A stretch of DNA of 64,000 bases, taken from contig UQDS01000002.1 in assembly GCA_900539865.1 (NCBI GenBank), forward strand, positions 64,926 through 128,925, written 5' to 3'. Below the pieces are notes generated by a model that worked only from the letters and a program-made list of their open reading frames with translations, made no database searches and was not told where the DNA came from. Both the position numbers and the translations under genes were made by a program. Positions 8,901 through 18,492 of this stretch are shown here, in pieces. Numbering within the stretch: the first letter of the stretch is position 1; every line of letters starts with the position of its first letter. The DNA is from an uncultured Mollicutes bacterium (GTDB lineage Bacteria; Bacillota_I; Bacilli_A; RFN20; CAG-288).

Positions 8901-10152
8901 CTGTGGTTTGATTAAGGTTGATATTGCTACCATTGGCATTCATCTCATTTGAGATACGGGTGAACAAATCGGCGAGCGTTTGATTGCTCATTTTACCTTT
9001 CAAGAGATTGTTCAATTGTAAGTAGATATTATTGTCGCGATATAATGCATAAACATCATTAGATAAACGCTGATTGACATAATGTTTCAAATCGATTTGA
9101 TAAGTACCTTTGCTCAAATCGCGTTCAACAGTGGACAAATCCCCTTTTAAAGTACCAACAAATTCTTGTTGATGAATGTTATTGGTCTCATCACGGAATT
9201 GAATAGCATAATCAGCTTTAAAGTTTTTCTTATCTACCAGTTTGGCAACAGTGGTACAAAGATTAGATGTTGTTTCTGTCATATCCTGATAAAGTTTCTT
9301 TTGGGCATCACTTAAACCTTCATACAAAGAGGAAGCATTCAAATTAATTCCGAAAGAATCAAAAGAAACACGATAAGTAGAATTAATTTCGATGCCATCA
9401 GCCCCTGTTTTAATACCGATAAGATTGTTATCGTTATCAGAGGAAAGGATGACAATCGGGTTAGCAATTGTCACGGGCAAATTCAACTCGTTCAAGATAT
9501 CTGTAAGATTTAATGTGTAGTCATAACCATAAGAAGTTGGTGTTTGCAAGGCGTTATTTCCTAAATCCATAGCTTTGCCGACAAGATCCTCTATATTTAC
9601 ATTTTCAAAAATTCCACCAATAGTTGATCCAATATCCGGAACTTCGACGCCAACTGCAGTTAATAAAGGCAAAACACCTGCAATTGTCTGCGGTGCATTA
9701 AACGCAAAATTCTTATTCTCGTATGTTAAATAAGCGGTGCTGTTTTCAAAAACAGCATCGATATTTTCATTAATGTTTTGATACTGAACATTAATTTTTG
9801 TTTTTAATTTTAAATCAGCGACGTTCTTACTGCTTAACAAATCAGAAAGATCCATATCAAAATCTGTCAATGACAACTTAATATCACTGACTCCTGTCTG
9901 TGAAAGTGTAAAGTTGAAACTTGGAGCGATTATTTGTTGTGTATTGACAAGCTTTGTGGCTAATTTTGAGAAAGTCGGTTCCTCATCAACGCTTTCTTCT
10001 GGAACAAAAATATCACTTGTTCCATCTCCGCCGTTTTCCTGTGGAATATTAGGCTTAACTGGATCGACAATGTCATGCACTAAATAAGCGCCCGTTCCAC
10101 CTATACCTAACGATAAGAAACTGACTAATGTATAAATGACCCAATTTTTCAT
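5938..10152 (-). CDS. giant (1404 aa) N-terminally membrane-anchored extracellular protein, Asn/Ser-rich, unknown family (large subunit of module B)
   Basis: Single N-terminal TM helix (VIYTLVSFLSLGIGGTGAYLV). The N-terminal approximately 450 aa are paralogous to the 516-aa protein at 11570-13120. Start overlaps the stop of the upstream gene (ATGA). Confidence 0.8.
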   Translation of the reverse strand: MKNWVIYTLVSFLSLGIGGTGAYLVHDIVDPVKPNIPQENGGDGTSDIFVPEESVDEEPTFSKLATKLVNTQQIIAPSFNFTLSQTGVSDIKLSLTDFDMDLSDLLSSKNVADLKLKTKINVQYQNINENIDAVFENSTAYLTYENKNFAFNAPQTIAGVLPLLTAVGVEVPDIGSTIGGIFENVNIEDLVGKAMDLGNNALQTPTSYGYDYTLNLTDILNELNLPVTIANPIVILSSDNDNNLIGIKTGADGIEINSTYRVSFDSFGINLNASSLYEGLSDAQKKLYQDMTETTSNLCTTVAKLVDKKNFKADYAIQFRDETNNIHQQEFVGTLKGDLSTVERDLSKGTYQIDLKHYVNQRLSNDVYALYRDNNIYLQLNNLLKGKMSNQTLADLFTRISNEMNANGSNINLNQTTDIVDIILSKIDLDKIRQGDLNAIKEHVRSFDFLANGVQIVINANLFGLGDYDLTIKLLDVTTDISNGFYIELLNLHYQSYIFDFSATVNPEEKISLDKAKEELNTFKDYQGIVPLFDTVSKLIHEKRFNTKYNINIADEKGQILAGSGELSADMTQFDVTSENKNYGAYKLTFDTNLSGVDHNIVANYQQNILYFSLDQFMHQKISNQGMASVYEVLNQILSDQGISSSLDGVNDLLTYFQSTAFIDHLFGKMSEDYSLTHLEEIVKIDKNNQDPNKLFLELNLPYILAETSLKDKVKSVALELDTNADALTGLTIRGLSYQNYNVDFALSLNDSFSDFKLTPEQEALYYEMSNVSQIIKGFYDLPTDFKTFGLELDGSVYQQDNLTQTENELLALTGDCQVDNSIQGAPTLGGTLHLYQPKDGKANVVPMNGNTGENTTTDPYANYTDHRILFEYNGDYNNGQTIAEFTSLDEQVSDPATMHLLLKNRDIFSIYDRVVSVGNNPNNLLYQYLKNYFNTAKAISTGMPIIDAFVNKDLSILTNENIKEIRITDKTLYLEFSSHLLDENDHSGRSEKLTFRFDENNKLAEVTADGHISAFHIQATIKLSAYDSTKLPTIMPYNDETKANFVDSKGFDLLTQCLITTTEHHFFDLSGHLKLDMALDFLPSLKLSTLQTFFNCYVYIQDQQTIAYLSFNSKAIDADYWKNNGFYGVEFFVLEDKAYSIRTRTYERKEESWFNQIKYSESVAEIRKLSQKELLNNIIYYILSYVFNIESMSTIGISVGNIILGNVYGAINDSTGGNGTESSANTVTMSRNYSSILQSATYDETNRTMTMTACLGKLISMKDNLVEFDPNGKAGLTASIVYDENHELKKLNINMNIKAVSLIAVNISFELNRNINLPADDDAMKAQKMQRFDRVIDQLQQDERIQKLEEYVISNITATPHGTYKYNGITIVDNYDVAVLTVSASSKDTSTNNSPDRVYFFHE

Positions 10153-11246
10153 TCTTCACCTCCTTCTTGTTTCGGAAGTAATTGAAAACCGGCAAATGTC
10201 GGCTCATTTACTAAGGGAAGATTAATGGTCACACCATTGAAGGTGTTGTTATCGCTATAGAAATAATATTGCTTAATTTCAGATGTCGTGTCTGCAGAAA
10301 TGACACCGGTGTCAGCATCATAACGGTCCATAAAGTTAGAAGATAGTGGATTAAGTTGAGCATCAAAATCAAATGTTAAAACACATTCCGAAAACTTTGG
10401 ACGACGCGCTAAATCACCAGTTGATTTCATTTGCACTGCATAGTAAGAAACAGAATAAGGTTTTCCAATTACATCTAAATCGATAGTTACCTTATATCCT
10501 TCTTCTACTTTTTCAACAGACGTTTTACTGTTCTCACCCTGTGGTTTCACAGTGTCTTTGGTGAGATTATATATCAAAGCCCCATTGCGAACAAATTTTT
10601 GTTTTTCTTGGCTTTGTTCATATTCTTCTTTATCAAAACTAAGAAACTTCTCTGGGATAGGGTTATCATTATCCGCGTCAGAAGAGACACAAAAATAATT
10701 TCCAGTGTTAAGTTTTCCGTAAGTTTGGATAAAACTATCATACGTGTATTCTTTGACTTTCGTTTTTGCCCAATCCGTTGCGCGAGACGCCTCATATCCA
10801 TGGATGACTTTATTCTGTCTATCCTCATAATAACGATCGGCTGCATGGACAAAACTTGAATCAGACTCTTTCTGATGGAAGAAGCCTTCGGGGGTATTAT
10901 AAGTTGTGCTTATAATTGTTTGATTTACTTTTGTAAATCCGGCGCTTGCTAGAGCGTTGCCTTGACCAACAACAAGTGAATATTTTTTGGATGTAAAAAT
11001 ATCAAAGGCATAATTAACAATATCGTGTGGTGGAATTGTAGAAACTAAAGTGTCATTTTTTAACGCCTCTTCCACCAATTTATTACGATGGGCGATAGAT
11101 CCAAGAGAAGATCCTCCCGCCGGCCCAGCAATAACTTCATCAGGAGCTTTGTTGAAAATATCATATAAATAGTAGCCGGCACCACTGCCAATCAAAAGGA
11201 AGAGAACCGAAAGAGAGCTGATGGTGATCACAAACTTTTTATCCAT
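10149..11246 (-). CDS. membrane-anchored extracellular protein, unknown family (small subunit of module B)
   Basis: N-terminal TM helix. Core block IVGQGNALASAGF...YNTPEGFFHQKESDSSFVHAADRYYE is clearly paralogous to the protein at 13117-14352. Confidence 0.8.
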   Translation of the reverse strand: MDKKFVITISSLSVLFLLIGSGAGYYLYDIFNKAPDEVIAGPAGGSSLGSIAHRNKLVEEALKNDTLVSTIPPHDIVNYAFDIFTSKKYSLVVGQGNALASAGFTKVNQTIISTTYNTPEGFFHQKESDSSFVHAADRYYEDRQNKVIHGYEASRATDWAKTKVKEYTYDSFIQTYGKLNTGNYFCVSSDADNDNPIPEKFLSFDKEEYEQSQEKQKFVRNGALIYNLTKDTVKPQGENSKTSVEKVEEGYKVTIDLDVIGKPYSVSYYAVQMKSTGDLARRPKFSECVLTFDFDAQLNPLSSNFMDRYDADTGVISADTTSEIKQYYFYSDNNTFNGVTINLPLVNEPTFAGFQLLPKQEGGEE

Positions 11247-11569
11247 AATATTTTCTGTTTTCTTTCTATTTTTCTATATCAATAAATAGTTAAAACATAT
11301 GTTTAACTATAAATTTAAGAATATATGAGAATTTCTATTTGGTCAAATGTTTCATAAGCAAACTATCATTTTTTTATTCTATTTTGATATTTTGTTATAT
11401 AATTTTTTACTTTTTGCAAAAAATTCTTACAAATAATAGATGTTTCAAAGAAAATGAACACTTACAGAATTTAAAACTTGTCCAATTTTCATTTTTTTAG
11501 GTTTTTTCTGTCACGATAAAAAACATGACAATGAAATTGATTCTTAACGACAAGCCTCATACAAAATTG

Positions 11570-13120
11570 TTAAAAGCGAGACAATTCATCTTCTGTTTTA
11601 GACAACACAATTTTATCTACAGGGTCAAGAATATAAACAGTCTTGCGAGTATCTTTTTGAGCAGTTATACGATTAACAGTGATTTTCATTTTAGGATTTT
11701 CAGCAGTTCCTTCTCTTTCGAGAATTATCGTAAATTCCAAATCACCGAGATTCATGTTTTTAGTATCAAATTGCAGTAAAATTGAATTTTGAGTGTACTG
11801 AACCTGTGAAATAGACGCTTTATAAAGGAGATACAAATCCTCAAAAATACGTTTGATATCGCCACTAGCAAAATCAATTTTATCTAAAATACCACCAGAT
11901 TGCGTTGATTCTTTTCCAAAAATACCACCTATGATTTCAATAATTTTATGAATGTTTTCACTCAATTTACCAATGTTGAGTTTGAAATGAAGCCAATCAT
12001 TATGGCTAAAATAAAGCATTTCTTGACGATATAAAGCATAAATATTTTTTGTATTCTTTCCCTCAACACTTTCATCGGCAGTTATTTCAAAAACACCGGT
12101 ATCCAAGTTATTGCCATCCGCAGATAAATCTCCTTTAATTGTACCGATTGTTTCTTTCTTTTTTAACGTGTCCGAAACATCAAAAGATTCGCTGACAGAA
12201 GAAAAAGAGATTTCAAAATTTTTAGACTCTAACAATTGCGTAATAATCGTAAACACATGACTGTTAAATTCTGTCATATCAACATATTTTGATGTCTCGT
12301 CTTCCGATAGAGGCACATATGCGGATTCATAAATAGGAGTGAAATCACAGTTTACTTTCACTTGATAGAGATTGTTGATGCTTATACCATCATCGATGGT
12401 ATGAACGGCGGCCAAATTGAAATCAAGATCAGTTAAAATTTCTAATTTGAAATTTGAAAAAGGAAGTTGTAGTACATTTGAATAATAAGTAAAATCGATC
12501 AAAAAAGAATAGCTATTTTCGGTTTTCGTCTCTATGACAAACTCTTCTAACATTTCTAAGTTGGAAATGATTTCATCTACTGTGATTTTAGAAATAAGGT
12601 TTTCTATTAGAGTTGGATTAGGAAGAGGAATTCCAACAGCAGTTAATATGGGAAGTATAGAATCAATTGTTTCTGAAGTTTTCGTGCAAATGTAATTTGA
12701 TTCATTAGAAAAGTATAAAAACTCATTTTGTGAGGCAAAGTTAAAGGACTCATCAACAACATCGTTGCTGATGTGAAAAGTTCCTTTCGCCTGTGGCGCT
12801 TTTAATTGAAATAGTGGTTCGAGATTGATATCCAAATCAGAAAAAGTAAATTCGAAATCTTCATTTTCATTATTACTCAAAGTAACTTTAGAGGACTCTG
12901 ACTTCAGTTGTTGCATCGTCAAAGCTTTATTGATAAACTTCCCAAAATTAGATTGCACGGTTCCACTTTCCCTTGGAACAAAGCCCTCCATTCCTGTTTG
13001 GTCTGAAGGAAGTGAGTCCCCTTGTTTTCTTTCAACTATATCGATTGCTACATAAGATCCCACTCCGCTTAATAAAAGAGTAGAAGCGCTGATGATTGCA
13101 TACAAAATACTACGTTTCAT
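11570..13120 (-). CDS. membrane-anchored extracellular protein, 516 aa (large subunit of module A)
   Basis: N-terminal TM helix. Shared blocks with the 1404-aa protein, for example ILPILTAVGIPLP versus VLPLLTAVGVEVP. Start overlaps the stop of the upstream gene. Confidence 0.8.
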   Translation of the reverse strand: MKRSILYAIISASTLLLSGVGSYVAIDIVERKQGDSLPSDQTGMEGFVPRESGTVQSNFGKFINKALTMQQLKSESSKVTLSNNENEDFEFTFSDLDINLEPLFQLKAPQAKGTFHISNDVVDESFNFASQNEFLYFSNESNYICTKTSETIDSILPILTAVGIPLPNPTLIENLISKITVDEIISNLEMLEEFVIETKTENSYSFLIDFTYYSNVLQLPFSNFKLEILTDLDFNLAAVHTIDDGISINNLYQVKVNCDFTPIYESAYVPLSEDETSKYVDMTEFNSHVFTIITQLLESKNFEISFSSVSESFDVSDTLKKKETIGTIKGDLSADGNNLDTGVFEITADESVEGKNTKNIYALYRQEMLYFSHNDWLHFKLNIGKLSENIHKIIEIIGGIFGKESTQSGGILDKIDFASGDIKRIFEDLYLLYKASISQVQYTQNSILLQFDTKNMNLGDLEFTIILEREGTAENPKMKITVNRITAQKDTRKTVYILDPVDKIVLSKTEDELSRF

Positions 13121-14352
13121 CTTTTCACCTCCACATCAATGCCTGATAACAAATCAAAACCCTTAAAATACATCTCGTCAATTTTAGGAATATTCACATC
13201 GACAAAACCATTTCCGTTAACAAACCTTGCATTATTACTTGTGAAGTAATACTGGTCTAAATCACAACTAATATCAGCCATAATAACGCTTTTTAACGCT
13301 TTATATTCATCGTGAAAATGAGAAGAAATTAAATTTAGTTGATTGTCCAAACGGAATGTAAGAATACTCTTTAAATAAGTGGGCAAAGAGGACAAACCGC
13401 CTGTAGATTTCATTTGAACTTGAGAAAAACCTATCCCGTAATTGTTTTGCACATCCATTTCAATTTGTATTTCATATCCGTATTTCGTCGTGTTGAATCT
13501 ATTTGCATCCGAATACTTTAATACAGTATTTTCATCAAGATTATAAATTAATGAACCATTTACTTTATGCTTTGTTTTTTCATTGCTCTGATTGTAAACA
13601 GCTTCATTATCTGTTAAAAACTTTTCTGGTATCGGTCTGTTTTCTTCCGGTAAAGAATCAACGCAATAGTAAATTCCTTTTCCTAATTTTCCAAACGTTT
13701 GTATATAATCGTCATAACTATAAATATGATTTGATGAGGAATTTTTCCAATCTTCCGGTTTTGCATATTCATAAGCTTCAACACTTTTCAACGAAACGTT
13801 TTCGTAATAGCGATCAGCTGTATTTACAAGAGAAGAAGATGATGTTTTTTGATTAAAAAAACCATTTGGTGTGTTATATGTAGCAGCTTGAATTTTTTGA
13901 TCAATTTGGATAGGACCCGTTTTTGCAACAGCGTTTCCTTGTCCAATAATAATGTTGTATTTTGTTTTAGCAAAGTTATCAAAGGCGTAATTTAACAATT
14001 GATACGTTTTTAGAGAATAATCTTCAAGCAATGTTCCTTTTTCTAAGGACTGTTGTATTTGTTGAACATCATAGCCACTATTAGACTCATTTGGTTTTGA
14101 TACGGGTTTGTTATTATTATGGTGTGTTTGAATGTATATCTGATAACCAGAAAAGCAACCTACTAAGGAGAATACAAGCACACAAGCAACACCGCCTAGA
14201 ACGCGGCGTGTAACACTATCATTACGGCGCTTCACGCCGTTTTGATCTTCGATCTGTAGTTGGGTTTCTTCGAGTCTTACCTCTTTCTGAGAATAATTAA
14301 AAAGACCAAAGGTAAGTATTTCGTAATTTCGCTTGTTTTTATTTGGTTCCAT
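13117..14352 (-). CDS. membrane-anchored extracellular protein, 411 aa (small subunit of module A)
   Basis: TM helix near residues 50-70. Paralog of the protein at 10149-11246. Confidence 0.8.
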   Translation of the reverse strand: MEPNKNKRNYEILTFGLFNYSQKEVRLEETQLQIEDQNGVKRRNDSVTRRVLGGVACVLVFSLVGCFSGYQIYIQTHHNNNKPVSKPNESNSGYDVQQIQQSLEKGTLLEDYSLKTYQLLNYAFDNFAKTKYNIIIGQGNAVAKTGPIQIDQKIQAATYNTPNGFFNQKTSSSSLVNTADRYYENVSLKSVEAYEYAKPEDWKNSSSNHIYSYDDYIQTFGKLGKGIYYCVDSLPEENRPIPEKFLTDNEAVYNQSNEKTKHKVNGSLIYNLDENTVLKYSDANRFNTTKYGYEIQIEMDVQNNYGIGFSQVQMKSTGGLSSLPTYLKSILTFRLDNQLNLISSHFHDEYKALKSVIMADISCDLDQYYFTSNNARFVNGNGFVDVNIPKIDEMYFKGFDLLSGIDVEVKR

Positions 14353-14523
14353 AATACACCTTTCGTTGTATCATTTTCTCGATACATACATCTCTTTAAA
14401 AGGTTATAAAGTAATCTCTATCTAAATTATATAAAATCCCATCCAAAATTACATAACATTTAATAATAGTAAAATATAAAAAGAGAAAGTGCATTTCTGC
14501 CTTTCCCTTTTAAATGATGCAAT

Positions 14524-14895
14524 TTATTTATCTTCCGATTCCATGAGAATCTTCATTCTCTCTTCACGACGGCGTTGTTTTGCCTCTAATTCTGCCGCTT
14601 TAGCAGTATAAGAGAAGACAACAATGAGAATGCCTATCATCGCAATAATCATTGCAACAGTCCCTACAATTCGGAAGTCCATAACGCCTTGCATTTTGAA
14701 GAATGCCGCAAAGGATTTCTGCAATTCGTACAACGGGTTGGTAGAAAGCTTTCCAACGTTGAAAGCACAAATGCCTAAGATAGCAAACACTAATCCAGTG
14801 ATCCAAAGAAAGCCGAAGATGCAATACCAAACAATCTCACCTTTGAAAATTTTTCTATGACTCTTTTTAACTTTTTCTTCCATGATATAACTCAT
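14524..14895 (-). CDS. small membrane protein (2-3 TM helices)
   Basis: Hydrophobic ORF immediately downstream of the 14907-15797 gene on the same strand. Confidence 0.5.
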   Translation of the reverse strand: MSYIMEEKVKKSHRKIFKGEIVWYCIFGFLWITGLVFAILGICAFNVGKLSTNPLYELQKSFAAFFKMQGVMDFRIVGTVAMIIAMIGILIVVFSYTAKAAELEAKQRRREERMKILMESEDK

Positions 14896-14906
14896 CTCCT
14901 TTTAAA

Positions 14907-15797
14907 TCAGGCTTTTACAGGTTCTGTTTCGTTTTGCATTTGCTGACCGACATCAATAAACATTTGATTGAGTTCGTTCTGAATAGAGGAAAGAAGCGGG
15001 TCAAAATAACTGACGAACATTTTAAAGAAGGCTTTCAAATCTGTTGTTGTTTTCTTTCCGTTAAAGATTTCACAATCAGAATAGATAGATGCTTTAATGC
15101 GTTCGAACTCCGAATCACCTTCGCCATAAGAATTAAGAATAACCAACATATCTTGATTCAACTGATGGAACTCATTCTCTAACATACGGAAAGAAGGATC
15201 GTTACGAACATCGAATTCTGAATCGGTGTTAGGATTGATGCCGTTATGCTCTTTGGAATAAGCCTGAGCATAAGTATTAGCAGCCTTATTAATGTCTTGG
15301 AAATTGTTGGAAATTAAAATACAAGATATTTTTCCAGCGAGACAATGATAATAACGAATATCAGTCATGATAAGTTTTTCAACTTGTGCAGATAAAAGAT
15401 CTCTTTCTTTTAACGCCTTCATCGCGGCGTGAAGAAACGCTTCTAAACGAGCTCTAAGATTAACAATCGTATGGAAAAGTTCAAGTGTTAATGATTGTTC
15501 AACAACAAGATCGCCATTTAAAGTTGTGTAGACGATTCTTCCAGAGTTACCGTAGACATCTTCAATAAAGTACTGCATGTCTTCTTTTAACTCTTTACCA
15601 AGATCACCATTATTATCACAATTTGTAGCAAAAGGAGAACCTTCTTCAGTCAAAGCTGTTAGTGCTTCAAAACGACTTTTTCTTTCTTCAGTAGAAAAAC
15701 CTTCGGGATTAACAGATTTTAAACAATACCAAAGTGATGATTCAACAATGCGAGAGATCGTAAGAATGGTCATCACGTTCTTTTCTTCGTTGTTCAT
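14907..15797 (-). CDS. hypothetical cytoplasmic protein, 296 aa
   Basis: Complete ORF with RBS. No recognisable motif. Confidence 0.55.
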   Translation of the reverse strand: MNNEEKNVMTILTISRIVESSLWYCLKSVNPEGFSTEERKSRFEALTALTEEGSPFATNCDNNGDLGKELKEDMQYFIEDVYGNSGRIVYTTLNGDLVVEQSLTLELFHTIVNLRARLEAFLHAAMKALKERDLLSAQVEKLIMTDIRYYHCLAGKISCILISNNFQDINKAANTYAQAYSKEHNGINPNTDSEFDVRNDPSFRMLENEFHQLNQDMLVILNSYGEGDSEFERIKASIYSDCEIFNGKKTTTDLKAFFKMFVSYFDPLLSSIQNELNQMFIDVGQQMQNETEPVKA

Positions 15798-15876
15798 AAT
15801 TTCACCTCACATAAAATGAATAGTTACACACTAATTGTTAATTATATACAATATAGTAAATATTTCCAAATTATTT

Positions 15877-15910
15877 TATTAAAAAAGGGAGGCTTAAGCC
15901 TCCCCATATA
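15877..15910 (-). terminator. rho-independent terminator of hpf
   Basis: Hairpin GGGAGGC-ttaa-GCCTCCC followed by a U-run on the minus strand. Confidence 0.75.
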
Positions 15911-15917
15911 ATTTTAT

Positions 15918-16481
15918 TTATTTTTCGACTTCAATATCACCAAACGTTCCATCATCTCTTTCATAGATTACGTTAACTTTGTCAGTAGCAGAGTCTAAAT
16001 AGATAAAGAACTTATGGCCTAAGGCGTCCATTCTGGCAATTGCTTCATCGACATCCATAGGAGCAAGTGAAAGGTGTTTTCTCTTTACGATAACTTTGGC
16101 TTCTTTCTGATCTTCTTCAATTTGTTCCATCAGAATGTTTTCAGATAAAGATCTTCTCTTGTTAACGCGTTGCAATTGAGTCTTCATCTTTCTCATCTGA
16201 CCTTCCAATTTTGTGATTAACGTATCGATGGCGCTGTAATAATCTTCATTCATCGTCTTAACACGTAAATCAACACCTGTAGTAGAAAGAGAGATTTCAA
16301 CAGCCTTTAGATGATTGGGAAGAATAGAAATGGTAATAACAGCATCAACTTCAGAATCGGCACGGAAATACGAATCGAATTTTGCCAACTTTTCCTCCAC
16401 CATTTCCTTCATTGAAGTGGTAAAAGAAACATCGCGAGATACATAAGTAAATTTCATAAGCTGGCTCCTTTCTATGTACAA
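15918..16481 (-). CDS. hpf: ribosome hibernation promoting factor, long form
   Basis: N-terminal YfiA/RaiA fold signature plus the C-terminal dimerisation domain of long HPF (APMDVDEAIARMDALGHKFFIY). Confidence 0.85.
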   Translation of the reverse strand: MYIERSQLMKFTYVSRDVSFTTSMKEMVEEKLAKFDSYFRADSEVDAVITISILPNHLKAVEISLSTTGVDLRVKTMNEDYYSAIDTLITKLEGQMRKMKTQLQRVNKRRSLSENILMEQIEEDQKEAKVIVKRKHLSLAPMDVDEAIARMDALGHKFFIYLDSATDKVNVIYERDDGTFGDIEVEK

Positions 16482-16573
16482 ATATTATAACCGCTTTCAA
16501 TTTAGAAATAAAGCATAGTAATCAAGAAAATAAAGGAATTATAATATATGATATGAAACCGCTTACTTTCCTT

Positions 16574-18118
16574 TTATTCATTGCTGTGAAAAGCAGTAAG
16601 AACCTCGTCGGCAAGATACCATTTACTTCGATCTATTACTTTGATCATACCAGGCTGTGTGTCCTTTAAAACAACACCTCCTTCACCAGCATAAAACTCG
16701 ATCAAATTCACTGTATCTTGGGTAATAATTTCGCCCGGGATTACGAGTGGAATTCCTGGAGGATATGCCATTATAGTCTCTGCTGAAATCTCGCCGATAG
16801 CTTCTGTAATTGAAACGATTAAACTCGGAGCATCATATGCCTCTCTTGGTGACACCAGCATGCATGGGTACGTGTAATTATACGAACGTATTTTTCTTTC
16901 TTCTATTTTCTTCTCTAAATGTGATTTAGACAGTTGCTGAAAGGCATCAACCAAGCATCTCACCTGCTCCCAAGTAGTTCCTGGACCGATAATAGCTAAG
17001 ACAACAAAGATTTCTCCCAATTCTAATTGTATGTTGAATTTTTGTTTGATTTCCTGAAAAACATCATAACCATAAGTATTTAATCCACGAACATCAATTA
17101 CTATTTTTGTTAAATCAATATCCTTTACGCCACTAGAATTGTGTTTTAAAATAAACTCTTTTCCGTATGCATATATACCAGGAATACGATTTAATTCATC
17201 GCGTGCATACTCTGCCATTTTTATGCGGTCATCTAAAAGTTCTTTTCCGTTAAAATACATTTCTTTGCGGGCAGAATCTAAAGATGCAATAAGAATATGA
17301 TTTGGTGATGTTGATGTAAACATTGCAAATGACTTCTGAATGTCATAAAAATTTACACGCGTCCCTTTAAGAAGAATCATCGATGTTTGTGTTAGTGACC
17401 CTGAATTTTTATGCATGCTTAAAACGGCTATATCGCAATTACATTCCATAGCAGAGCAAGGAAGCTTTTCTGAAAAATAAAAGTTAGAACCGTGGGCTTC
17501 ATCCGCAATCACAATCATATTGCGTTTATGTGCTTCTCTTACGATTTCTTTCAAATCAGAAACCACGCCAAAATACGTAGGATTAATAACAAAAACTGCA
17601 CGTGCAGTCGGATTATCATCCATGGCTTTTATATAATCTTCGGTAGTGACTCCACATGCAATCTTTAAATCTTCGTCAATTACAGGATTTACAAATACAG
17701 GAATAGCGCCTGAAACAATTAAGGCATTAATTACTGATTTATGAACATTTCTAGGCAATATGATTTTTTCTTTTGTTTTAAGACAACCCATTATCGCCGC
17801 TAATATTCCTCCTGTAGATCCATTCACAGAAAAAATACAATGATCTGCGTGAAAAGCCTTAGCGGCTAAGTCTTGCGCCTCATTTATGACGCCGGTTGGA
17901 TGAAATAAATTATCCATTCCAATCGGAGCGTTAATATCATAAGAGTAAAAATCTGATCCTATTAAACGAGACAAGTCGCTTTGAAAGTTACCAAGTTTAT
18001 GCCCCGGAACATCAAATTGAACGGGTTTGCTTTTCACATAGTCAATTAAAGCTGAAAGGAAAGGTGTTTTCTCTTGTTCGTTCATAGCAATACTCCTATC
18101 AATCGATTTTTGAATCAA
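16574..18118 (-). CDS. PLP-dependent Orn/Lys/Arg decarboxylase family protein (SpeA-like)
   Basis: 514 aa. Major-domain motifs include the PLP-lysine region SMHKNSG. Confidence 0.7.
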   Translation of the reverse strand: MIQKSIDRSIAMNEQEKTPFLSALIDYVKSKPVQFDVPGHKLGNFQSDLSRLIGSDFYSYDINAPIGMDNLFHPTGVINEAQDLAAKAFHADHCIFSVNGSTGGILAAIMGCLKTKEKIILPRNVHKSVINALIVSGAIPVFVNPVIDEDLKIACGVTTEDYIKAMDDNPTARAVFVINPTYFGVVSDLKEIVREAHKRNMIVIADEAHGSNFYFSEKLPCSAMECNCDIAVLSMHKNSGSLTQTSMILLKGTRVNFYDIQKSFAMFTSTSPNHILIASLDSARKEMYFNGKELLDDRIKMAEYARDELNRIPGIYAYGKEFILKHNSSGVKDIDLTKIVIDVRGLNTYGYDVFQEIKQKFNIQLELGEIFVVLAIIGPGTTWEQVRCLVDAFQQLSKSHLEKKIEERKIRSYNYTYPCMLVSPREAYDAPSLIVSITEAIGEISAETIMAYPPGIPLVIPGEIITQDTVNLIEFYAGEGGVVLKDTQPGMIKVIDRSKWYLADEVLTAFHSNE

Positions 18119-18368
18119 TATAATTTTTCAACGCCTTAGATAGTTGATCCGGACAAGAGGTGTTTTTATTTCCACATTTTGTGCCTGCTAATTTATTGTA
18201 AACGTCTTCTGCTTTCATCCCTATTATTAACTGTCTTATACCCGCAAGATTACCAGAACAACCGCCTAGCACTTTAAAATCAACGATTGTGTCTGTTACA
18301 TCATCTATAACCAGAGTCATCTTAATAGAACAAACACCTTTTGGGCTATATTCAATTATTTTTTTCAT
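18099..18368 (-). CDS. TSCPD domain protein (TIGR03905-like)
   Basis: GTKCGNKNTSCPDQ motif. GGGGGAGG RBS before the MKKII start at 18368. 3' end overlaps the decarboxylase gene by about 20 nt. Confidence 0.65.
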   Translation of the reverse strand: MKKIIEYSPKGVCSIKMTLVIDDVTDTIVDFKVLGGCSGNLAGIRQLIIGMKAEDVYNKLAGTKCGNKNTSCPDQLSKALKNYIDSKID

Positions 18369-18492
18369 GATTTTACCTCCCCTATTAAAATCTATTTGAA
18401 TATTTATTGTCATTAACAAATAAAAACGAGTCTTTCCTATTACAATCTATAGTTATAAACTTTTAGAAGCTTAGGAAAGACTCGTTTAATTT

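Noticed and set aside
7453-10852. Several 60-120-aa ORFs on the opposite strand inside the giant surface-protein genes (for example 7453-7650, 8158-8373, 10574-10852, 10599-10859)
   Set aside because: They are fully embedded antisense in long, clearly coding genes. They have low-complexity hydrophobic translations and no RBS. These are typical spurious ORFs in AT-rich DNA.
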